From positions 5,426 to 69,425 of the forward strand of contig JBDTNH010000001.1 of assembly GCA_039933845.1 (NCBI GenBank): a stretch of DNA of 64,000 nucleotides. The letters are read 5' to 3'. The notes below the pieces were generated by a model. That model saw only the letters and a list, made by a program, of their open reading frames with translations. It was not told where the DNA came from and searched no databases. Positions within the stretch are counted from its first letter, which is position 1, and every line of letters begins with the position of its first letter. A program made the translations under genes and the position numbers. Origin of the DNA: Gemmatimonadota bacterium (GTDB lineage: Bacteria > Gemmatimonadota > Gemmatimonadetes > Gemmatimonadales > GWC2-71-9). This document shows, piece by piece, positions 51,287-59,453 of the stretch.

Positions 51287-54066
51287 GCCTGGCGCCCCGT
51301 GCGCACACGGTCTCGCAACGCCGACATCGGCGGTTCACTCTCGTGCCACAACTCCTCGACACGATCGAGGAGACGACAACCATACGCGCCACGATCGATG
51401 GCCGGGAGATTCTCGGCCCTGAGCAGCCTGGCAACACCCGAGAGAGCGGCGTCGATCTCACCCTGCTCCGGTTCGCCCCGCGGCTTGCTGGCGAGATCGT
51501 TGTTCTCATGCCAGAGCCATTCGCGTTCGGCACCAGCGGCGTCGCCGTCGCGCTGGCGCCACCTGCCGCGATAGAGATACATGAGCCCCCGCACCAGAGG
51601 ACTTCGCAACCGGGTCTCGCTACTCGGTGGAATCGAGTGGATCCGGTTCGATAGTGCGAGCGCACTGTCGGTCAGGCCACGACTTCCCAGTTGGATCGCG
51701 AGTGCGTACGCGTGCAGGTCGGCAACCCACCGTTCCGATGCATGCGCTTGAAGCAAGGTCAGGAGGCTGTCGGCTGTCCGATCATGCCGCGTCGCGATCG
51801 CGTCCAGCGTCAACGCCCACACCGCACGTGGCCAAAGTGAATCCGTCGGCGCGACTTCGCGGAGCATCAGCCGACCGCGCTCGCGGATACGTTCGTCGAG
51901 CGCGATGGATGCGCCTGGAATCACCGGGAGGAGCACACGCCATTCCGCCGGCTGCATGCGATACCCGGCATCGTGCGGGTCGACGGCCGCACCGCGATCG
52001 AGCGCCTGGAGGCCAGCGAGCGGACGCCCGAGCAGCAGCAAGGCGGTAGCCTGTGCGGCGAGCGCGCTGGCACGTTGCTCGTCGCTGGTCGCCTTCCGCT
52101 CCAGGAATCTGGCGATCGCGTCTTGGTCGAATGGGTCGTCGACACCGAGGCCCATCCGCACGGCGCGGTGAAGGGTGATGACCTTTGCGGAATCAGCGAA
52201 CCGCAACATCAGTTCACGCGCTGGGGCGGCCACCCAGCGTCGGAATCGACCGTTGACGGCCAGCCACAGTATCCCGGTCCACGGATCACCCTTCGCCGAG
52301 GGACGCCGCGATAGCTGCTCCCGCGCCAGGGATTCCTCTCCGAGCCGGGCAGCGCCCCAGATCGTCTGCGTGTAGGTGGTGGCCTGGTCGAGGTCGGGGA
52401 TGTCCAGGGCAGAGCGGCGGAACGCATCAACCCCCTCAGTCAGCGGATGTCCCACCAGCGGACCGCGGCCGAACAGCTCGTTCGCGGCCATCTGCCGAAC
52501 CGTGGCGTCATCGGGAAAGTCATCGACCAATTCCTCATACAGTTGCAGGCGCTTCTCGAGATCCGGTTCGAGCTGGGCCTGCAGCAGGCGTGGAAACGGC
52601 TGGGGCATCGGTGTCTTTCGAGCCGCGAGCTTGACCAGACCCTCCGTGTATGGCAGGCCCTGCCATTGGCGTGCGATCATTCGCTGCCAGGAGGCCTGTA
52701 CCAGACCGCTGTCGATCCGTTCTGCCGTGGCGAACTTTTCCTCCGCCTCATGCCAGTGCCCGCTCTGGAAGAGTTCCTTTCCCCTGGTGTAGGCGTCGAG
52801 CGCGAACCTGTTGGGATACGTGCCGGCCAGCTGTCGGAATTCCGACAGCTGGATCGGGAGCAGCCGGCTCACGAGCGAGTCAGCTGCCGCACGTCCCCAG
52901 GACACGAGGTCGGCAGGATCGCCGGGAACGTGGAAATCCTGCAGCAGCACACCAGCACTGTCATACACTTGAAGCTCGAGTTCACCGACGGTTGCACTTT
53001 TTCGGTGCACCGTTCCAGTCGTCACCATTGCCGAAACCTTGCGTGCCGAGTCGAAGCTGATCACCCTCGCGTGCCGGAACGGGAGCGACCTGACAGGCAG
53101 CCACTCGATCGGCGTCGATGTGAGACGGGCCAGTTGCGTGCCCACGGAATCGTCGCCGGCGAAGGGCAAGATGGCCAGCGATGCTGGGCTGGCAGCGACG
53201 GCCGTGGCGCGGCTGGCTCCAATGATCGCGGCGCCACCGAGCCCAATCAGCCCGATCGCCGCCAGTGCCAGGATCGGTGTTGACATCAGCTTCGGTCGAC
53301 GGAGCGCGCGGCGAAAGGAAGTCGCATCGGGCCAGCGCTCGGCGGGTTGATAGGCGACCGCGCGACGGATCGGACCGCGGATGATCCGAGGAACTGTGCG
53401 CCAGGCACCCTTGACCGAGTGCGGAGTCCACCGACGACCGGTCGCCGCTTCGAACAAGGTGATTCCCACGGAATAGATGTCACTCTGCGGGGTCGCTTCT
53501 TCCCCGATCCGCTGCTCCGGCGCCATGTACCGTGCCGTGCCGACCACCTCATTGGTGCTGGTCAGCGTGTCGTCACCGCCCGTGTCGAGAAGCGCCACGC
53601 CAAAGTCCGCGAGCACGGCGCGGCCGTCCTCGAGAAAGATGTTCGACGGCTTGACGTCGCGATGGATCACTCCTTGGGCGTGCGCGTGTGCCAGCGCTGA
53701 GAGCACATCGAGCCCGAGCCGCCGGACCTCGCGCCACGGCATGGATCCCTTGAGGAGCCGAGTGGCGAGGGTATCGCCGCGGATGAGTGGCATCACGAAC
53801 CACAGCAAGTCACCCCGATGCTGGGCGTCGAGAATGGGGACGATGTTCGGGTGGGCGAGCTTGGCAAGCAGGCGAGCCTCGCGCAGGAAGCGCTCGACCG
53901 CGACAGCGTTGGCGTGTTCGGGCGGCAACACCTTGATCGCGACCGCGCGTCCCAGGATAGGGTCGTGTCCGAGGAAGACACGCCCCATCCCGCCAGCGGC
54001 AAGCTCCCGTTCGACCAGATACCGGGGAGCCAACGCCGCGGCCAGCCCGTCCAGGAGATCTGGCAT
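51274..54066 (-). CDS. Hanks-type Ser/Thr protein kinase with TM and ~640-aa C-terminal helical-repeat region
   Basis: AAGGMGRVFLGHD, VAIKVL, HRDVKPSNIFL, LADFGVA, GTARYMAPE. TM segment ILALAAIGLIGLGGAAII. The 3' end overlaps the SARP-ATPase start by 13 nt. Confidence 0.8.
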   Translation of the reverse strand: MPDLLDGLAAALAPRYLVERELAAGGMGRVFLGHDPILGRAVAIKVLPPEHANAVAVERFLREARLLAKLAHPNIVPILDAQHRGDLLWFVMPLIRGDTLATRLLKGSMPWREVRRLGLDVLSALAHAHAQGVIHRDVKPSNIFLEDGRAVLADFGVALLDTGGDDTLTSTNEVVGTARYMAPEQRIGEEATPQSDIYSVGITLFEAATGRRWTPHSVKGAWRTVPRIIRGPIRRAVAYQPAERWPDATSFRRALRRPKLMSTPILALAAIGLIGLGGAAIIGASRATAVAASPASLAILPFAGDDSVGTQLARLTSTPIEWLPVRSLPFRHARVISFDSARKVSAMVTTGTVHRKSATVGELELQVYDSAGVLLQDFHVPGDPADLVSWGRAAADSLVSRLLPIQLSEFRQLAGTYPNRFALDAYTRGKELFQSGHWHEAEEKFATAERIDSGLVQASWQRMIARQWQGLPYTEGLVKLAARKTPMPQPFPRLLQAQLEPDLEKRLQLYEELVDDFPDDATVRQMAANELFGRGPLVGHPLTEGVDAFRRSALDIPDLDQATTYTQTIWGAARLGEESLAREQLSRRPSAKGDPWTGILWLAVNGRFRRWVAAPARELMLRFADSAKVITLHRAVRMGLGVDDPFDQDAIARFLERKATSDEQRASALAAQATALLLLGRPLAGLQALDRGAAVDPHDAGYRMQPAEWRVLLPVIPGASIALDERIRERGRLMLREVAPTDSLWPRAVWALTLDAIATRHDRTADSLLTLLQAHASERWVADLHAYALAIQLGSRGLTDSALALSNRIHSIPPSSETRLRSPLVRGLMYLYRGRWRQRDGDAAGAEREWLWHENNDLASKPRGEPEQGEIDAALSGVARLLRAENLPAIDRGAYGCRLLDRVEELWHESEPPMSALRDRVRTGRQACRR

Positions 54067-54209
54067 CGACGACCTCGGCTGAGGACCCTGCCACGCTACT
54101 GATGGGCCAAGTATACGGCCGAATCGGAGACCCTGCTTGACGGCGTCTTGACTGCCGCGTCCTACCCTTCAGACGCGTAACCAGCCCCTCACCGACAGGA
54201 GCATGAGCT

Positions 54210-55784
54210 ATGTCCCGACTCCCTGGTGCCCGCGCACGTGTACTGCTGCTCTCCACCGGCTTGCTCTTCGTTCTGGAGACCACGGGGTGTACCTCGTGGC
54301 AGGCCAGTCCGATGCCCCAGCCCGAAAAATCAGTCGGGGCCGGGAGAGAATATGAAGTGAAGACTGCAGATGGGGGTGTCTGGCATCTCGTGCACGTGAT
54401 GATCCGCAATGATTCCCTGATCGGCGAGCGCGTCGATCTGGGCGGTCGTCAAATCGGCATACCGACCATGTCCATTACCACCGTGAAGACGCGCCAGTTC
54501 AACGCCGGTGGAACCATCCTGATGGGCGTTCTGGCACTGGGAATAGTGGGCATGGTTGCCCTTGCGAGTGAGGACAGCTTTGGGTACTCGGGTGGTGGTC
54601 TCCTCGGTGACTCCAATGGGAATGTCAGCTGCCCGCTCATTTACAGTTGGGACGGCAGAGGATATCGACTCGATTCCGGTACCTTCGGTGGCGCAATCAC
54701 CCCGGCGCTTGCCCGCACCGATCTCGACAACCTCCTCCATGTCCGTCCGGTGCATGACACGCTGCGTTTCCTGATGACCGATGAAGCCGACGAGACCGAA
54801 CACGTCGATGCGTTCCACGTCCTCGCGGTCGACCACCCGGTCGGGACCGAGGCCGTTCCGGATGCCCTGGCGAACGGGACGTTTCACCTCGTTGGTCAGC
54901 CCGTCGCCCCGATCACCGCACGCGATCAGTTGGGACGGGATGCACTCCAACAGGTTCGCGCGGCCGATCAGTATGCCTGGGAGTCCCGCCTCGACGGTCG
55001 CGACCCCGAGAACCCGGCGCACCTGCGCGATGGCCTCGAAATGACCTTCCGTCGACCCGCCGGAATGGATCAGGCCGAGCTGGTGGTCGAGGGGCAAAAC
55101 ACCGCCTGGGCGGCCTACCTGATGGGCGAACTGGTGCGCGCCTCCGGGCGAGCCACCCGCGCATGGTATGACACCAGCACCTCGGCCGCCGCCTCGCGCC
55201 CGATGGCGAAGGCGCAACATGAGGAGGGGTTCCTGCAGGCGTCGATTTGGGATGGCGCGGCCTGGCGGCCGGCCGGCGAGATGTGGGAGGCCGGCCCCGA
55301 GGTCGCCAAGCGCCAGACGCTTCGGCTTGACCTACGTGGAACCCCGGTCGGGATCGTGCGGGTCCGACTCGAATCGGCACCCGCAATGTGGAACATCGAT
55401 CAGGTCGTCCTCGCGGCCGTGACGGGTGCACCTGCAATCGCGCGGATACTGTCCCCGGTCACCGCTAGCATCCCAACGGTTCGTGATGCGCTCGCTCCCT
55501 TGCTGGCGAAGGATGGTCGATACCTCGATCTCGAGCGGGGCGATACCGTGCGGATTGCATTCACCGACGCGGCCCCACCGCCGGCCCGGGGGATGGTGCG
55601 CTCCTACCTCGCACAGACGAGCGGCTGGTATCGGGTCCATAGCCAGGATGATGCGGCTCCCGACTTGGCGACCCTTGGGGAGATGGCGTCACACCGCCAT
55701 GGAGCTGCCCGGGTGGCGGTCCGCCGACTCAATGAGCGCCTCGCGGCGATGACACGGGAGGCTGGTCGTGCCAACCTCCGCTGA
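54210..55784 (+). CDS. Hypothetical lipoprotein with one additional TM segment
   Basis: AGGAG 8 nt upstream. Lipobox LLLSTGLLFVLETTGC. TM segment GGTILMGVLALGIVGMVALA. No family recognised. Confidence 0.55.
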   Translation: MSRLPGARARVLLLSTGLLFVLETTGCTSWQASPMPQPEKSVGAGREYEVKTADGGVWHLVHVMIRNDSLIGERVDLGGRQIGIPTMSITTVKTRQFNAGGTILMGVLALGIVGMVALASEDSFGYSGGGLLGDSNGNVSCPLIYSWDGRGYRLDSGTFGGAITPALARTDLDNLLHVRPVHDTLRFLMTDEADETEHVDAFHVLAVDHPVGTEAVPDALANGTFHLVGQPVAPITARDQLGRDALQQVRAADQYAWESRLDGRDPENPAHLRDGLEMTFRRPAGMDQAELVVEGQNTAWAAYLMGELVRASGRATRAWYDTSTSAAASRPMAKAQHEEGFLQASIWDGAAWRPAGEMWEAGPEVAKRQTLRLDLRGTPVGIVRVRLESAPAMWNIDQVVLAAVTGAPAIARILSPVTASIPTVRDALAPLLAKDGRYLDLERGDTVRIAFTDAAPPPARGMVRSYLAQTSGWYRVHSQDDAAPDLATLGEMASHRHGAARVAVRRLNERLAAMTREAGRANLR

Positions 55785-56961
55785 GGTATGGATCACGGGG
55801 CTCGGGGCGCACACCGCTGCGGGCGTGGGGGCCGCGGCGCTCCGCGCGGCGCTCACGCAGCGGACACCACCCGCTTCAGCCGACTCCATCCTCGGTGGTC
55901 AGTGGGTCGCCAGGGCGCCCGACCCGATGGTGGACCGCGCCACCGGTCGACTCGATCGAAGTGGTCAGTTCTTTGTCGTCGCGGCCCGGGAGGCCTGGCA
56001 ACACGCCGACCTCGCCCGCGCGACGCTCGACCCGGATCGGATCGCAGTCATCGAGGGTTCCTCGCTAGGTCCGATGAGTGACCTGCTCGCGATCGAACGC
56101 GAGCGGGTCCGGGACGGCTTCCCGGCGAAAGTATCGCCGCGCCACTTGGTGCGCATGATGTTCGGCGCCGGGGGAGCGCAGTTCGCGCAGGAGATCGGGG
56201 CGCACGGCGCGGTCTTCGCCTTGTCGGCGGGGAGCACCTCCGGTGCGATGGCCATCGCCGAAGGGTGGGCAAAGATCTGTTCGGGTCTGGCAGAGGTGGT
56301 GATCGCTGGAGGGGCAGATGCGCCTCTCGATCCGGAGATCATCGCGGCCTTCCGGACCGCAGGCATTCTCGCGCCCCCCTCAGGAGACGCACCCTGTCGA
56401 CCGTTCGACGTGTCGCGGTGCGGCACGATGCTCGGCGAAGGGGCGGGAGTGGTGGTGCTCGAGGCGGCGGCTCATGCGCGTCGGCGTGGCGCCGTACCGC
56501 TCGCCATACTCGAGGGCACCGGCGTCAGTGGCGAAGATGGCTCGATGACGGCTCCCGATGCATTAGGGGGGGGGATACGTCGCGCCACCCGGTCGGCTCT
56601 GGTCGACACGGACCCTCGCCGAATCGGCTGGATCAAGGCACATGGCACCGGGACACGTCTCAACGATGCTGCGGAATGTTGCGGACTCGACGGTGATTTG
56701 GTCGATGTCCCGGCGAGCTCACTCAAGCCACTCCTCGGCCATTGTCTGGGAGCGAGCGGTGCAGTGGAACTGATCGCGGCCGTGCTGGCCATGGGCGATG
56801 GTGTGATTCCGATGACTTTGACCACGACCCAGGTCGATCCGGCCTTGGGATCGCGTCGCATTGTGCTGGAGCCGGAGGCGTTGCTCCGGCCGGCGGCCCT
56901 GCTGTTGTCGCAGAGCCTCGGTGGTCGATCTGCGGCATTGGTCATCGGGCGCGCTGCATGA
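55768..56961 (+). CDS. Beta-ketoacyl-ACP synthase (KAS I/II, FabF-like) homolog with active-site Cys replaced by Ser
   Basis: GTG start with GGGAGG 7 nt upstream. VWITGLGAHTAAG. The active-site region reads ALSAGSTSGAMAI, with Ser codon AGC at 56233-35 where KAS enzymes have Cys. Both catalytic His motifs are retained (KAHGTGTRLND, LLGHCLGASG). Confidence 0.75.
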   Translation: MPTSAEVWITGLGAHTAAGVGAAALRAALTQRTPPASADSILGGQWVARAPDPMVDRATGRLDRSGQFFVVAAREAWQHADLARATLDPDRIAVIEGSSLGPMSDLLAIERERVRDGFPAKVSPRHLVRMMFGAGGAQFAQEIGAHGAVFALSAGSTSGAMAIAEGWAKICSGLAEVVIAGGADAPLDPEIIAAFRTAGILAPPSGDAPCRPFDVSRCGTMLGEGAGVVVLEAAAHARRRGAVPLAILEGTGVSGEDGSMTAPDALGGGIRRATRSALVDTDPRRIGWIKAHGTGTRLNDAAECCGLDGDLVDVPASSLKPLLGHCLGASGAVELIAAVLAMGDGVIPMTLTTTQVDPALGSRRIVLEPEALLRPAALLLSQSLGGRSAALVIGRAA

Positions 56962-57033
56962 GGAGGATTCAACCCAGCCAGCAGTCGGATTGTCGCCCAT
57001 ACTCCTCCCCCCCCCAATGCGGCCCGGCGCGCG

Positions 57034-58611
57034 CTAGGGAGCGGCCTCCTCTGTTCCGGCCACCGCCGTCGGCTCGGGAAAGACGTACCGTCGCGCGATC
57101 ACGTCGTCGATCCAGATCTGCAGCCCAGCGGGCACCACATACTTGTAGAAGCCGATGCTCCCCGACGTCAACTCGGTGAGCGATGCGGCTTCCCGCACGG
57201 CGGCCCCGTTGACGAAGACGCGGTACGTCGTTCCCGCCATCGCGGTGCCGATCCGCATCCAGCTGTTCGGGACCGGGTTCCCGCCGGGCGACGCAATATC
57301 GGTGTACACGCCGTTGTGGTACCTCGCGATGTTCCAGCCCACCGAGGGGCCGAGACAGAGGCAGAGCAGAGAGTAGTATCTATTGGAGGCGCCGCTCGCC
57401 TGGCGAAGGCCCTGCGCCACGTTCCAGAGCGTCGAACTTCCGTTGATATTCCACCAAGCGTCGACATAGACGTCGGCAACGTCCAGAGCCTTCGCGATGA
57501 TGTTGGACCCTGCCGCACCCTGGGCCGGATAGCTGACCGAGGCCGAACCGCCGTGAGCTCGGGTATGGTTGATGTTCCAGAGGGAGCCGCCACTGACCAG
57601 CCATTTGTCGAGAGTGCCTGACTCGAAGTCCTCGACAAAGAGAAAGACGTTGCCGGCATTCGCGGGGGCAGCCGCGGCGACTGGATTGCCATAATAGACG
57701 TAATACGTCATGTCCGAAGTGTTGGCATTGATCGCCGCCTGAGTCTTGAACCAGATCGTCGTCGCCCCTGAGTTCCAGACTGAGCCTTTATCGAGCACCC
57801 GGTCGAGCTCGACCCATTGCGTCCCGGTCCAGTGGGCGACGCGCAAGTCATTGCCGGAAGCAAGCGCTCGCCCCGCCCCCACCATCGCCGCATGATTCAC
57901 CGGCACCGCCACCGAATAGTCGGCCGGGACGCTCGCTGTCCCAGCGGAGACCGTCACGCGTTGCCGCCACATCCACGCCGTGTTGAAGCTCGGCAGGGCA
58001 ACCGTGATGCTCGCGGTTCCGGTGACTCCCTCGCTCGTCGCCGAGATGGTGACCGTGCCCCCGACCGTGCCGGCGGTGACGAGGCCATTCACTCCCACGG
58101 AGGCGATGGCCGTGGCCGAGGATGCCCAGGTGATCGAGCGTCCGGTGAGCAGCGTGCCAGCAGTGCTCCTGGCGGTCGCGGTCAAGGCCACGGTACCGTT
58201 CACCGCGAGGAGGGACGTTGGCGGCGTCACCATTATGGTGGCGATCGCTGGCGGTGTGACCGTGACCACGACACTGGCGGACTTGCCTTCGCTAGTGGCC
58301 GTCATGCTCACCGGTCCGCCGGGGCTCAGCGCGGTTACGAGTCCATCGGATCCCACCATGGCAACGGCCTGATCGGAGGATGACCAGATGAAGGTCTTGC
58401 CCGAGAGCGTCGCGCCGGCTGAGCTGGTTGCCAGCGCAACCAGTTGGCGGGTCGCCCCCACGGGGAGCGAAACCGGTCCCGCGGGCGTGACCGTCACCTT
58501 GTCTACCGGTACCGGGCCGGAAGGACCGGCCGTCGACTTGCCGCAACTGGCCGAGAGGGCGAGCAGGATGAGCATCGTCGGGATGGTGCCGTGGTGCCGG
58601 GTGCGGGACAT
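57034..58611 (-). CDS. Lipoprotein with three Big_2 (bacterial Ig-like) domains, a DUF2341-like region and a LamG/concanavalin-like C-terminal domain
   Basis: Lipobox LILLALSASC. Three repeats of the type VTVTP..VSLPVGATRQLVA...SSSDQAVAMVGSDGLVTA. C-terminal FVEDFESGTLDKW...RVFVNG segment. Confidence 0.6.
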   Translation of the reverse strand: MSRTRHHGTIPTMLILLALSASCGKSTAGPSGPVPVDKVTVTPAGPVSLPVGATRQLVALATSSAGATLSGKTFIWSSSDQAVAMVGSDGLVTALSPGGPVSMTATSEGKSASVVVTVTPPAIATIMVTPPTSLLAVNGTVALTATARSTAGTLLTGRSITWASSATAIASVGVNGLVTAGTVGGTVTISATSEGVTGTASITVALPSFNTAWMWRQRVTVSAGTASVPADYSVAVPVNHAAMVGAGRALASGNDLRVAHWTGTQWVELDRVLDKGSVWNSGATTIWFKTQAAINANTSDMTYYVYYGNPVAAAAPANAGNVFLFVEDFESGTLDKWLVSGGSLWNINHTRAHGGSASVSYPAQGAAGSNIIAKALDVADVYVDAWWNINGSSTLWNVAQGLRQASGASNRYYSLLCLCLGPSVGWNIARYHNGVYTDIASPGGNPVPNSWMRIGTAMAGTTYRVFVNGAAVREAASLTELTSGSIGFYKYVVPAGLQIWIDDVIARRYVFPEPTAVAGTEEAAP

Positions 58612-58850
58612 GGTAGCTCGCTTGAAGGGTCTACTGAAGTCACGCGGAATTTCCTGGGTCCAGGGCTCAGCCGGCAGGCAGGTCCCGGGCGCTGCGATGC
58701 GCGGATCCGCCCGAATCGGGACAGCCAGTCTTACCGAAGTCGGCGATCGAGCGCATATTGAGAAGATCCTTCGGTACCTCGCACCGATCGGGGCATCGCT
58801 CGTCCCACAACCGGTTTGCCTGCCAGTCGGAAATCTTGGTGGGAGCTTCG

Positions 58851-59426
58851 ATGGCCGAGCCCGGACCCACGCCTGACATCACCACTCTTCTGGAGTTGGC
58901 CACTGGCGGCGACCCGGCGGCCGCCGACCGCCTGTATCACCACGTCTATGGTGAGATGCGCGCACTCGCCCGCAGTCATCTCAGGCGCGAGAACGACTCG
59001 GTCACGATGGAACCCACGGCGCTGATCCACGAAGCCTGGCTCCGACTCATCGACCAACGCACCCCCCTGATCAATCGAGGCCATTTCTTCGGTATCGCGG
59101 CACAGGCGATGCGCCGGGTCCTTGTCGACCAAGCTCGAGCGCGTCGCGCCGGCAAACGACCCCGGCGGGCCATCACGCTCGACGACGCCATGCAGAGCGA
59201 GGAGACGCGGCTTGACCTCCTGCTCGCCGTCGATGAGGCAGTCGATCGACTGGCCCAGATCGCACCCCGCCAGGCACGGGTGGTCGAGTTGCGGTGGTTT
59301 GCCGACCTGGAAGTCAACGAGGTGGCCGACATTCTCCAGATCTCCCCCGCCACGGTGAAGCGAGAATGGACTGCGGCTCGCGCCTGGCTGCACCGGGCCT
59401 TGGCCGAGTCGGCGAGTGAGCCGTGA
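58851..59426 (+). CDS. ECF-type sigma-70 family factor (Sigma70_ECF/PF07638-like)
   Basis: ORF 58758..59426. ATG 58851 has GGGAG 6 nt upstream. ITTLLELATGGDPAAADRLYHHVYGEMRALARSHLRRE..TMEPTALIHEAWLRL (region 2). C-terminal VVELRWFADLEVNEVADILQISPATVKREW (region 4 HTH). Confidence 0.8.
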   Translation: MAEPGPTPDITTLLELATGGDPAAADRLYHHVYGEMRALARSHLRRENDSVTMEPTALIHEAWLRLIDQRTPLINRGHFFGIAAQAMRRVLVDQARARRAGKRPRRAITLDDAMQSEETRLDLLLAVDEAVDRLAQIAPRQARVVELRWFADLEVNEVADILQISPATVKREWTAARAWLHRALAESASEP

Positions 59427-59453
59427 CCAGTCTGCGACACGCGTGAACAGTCA

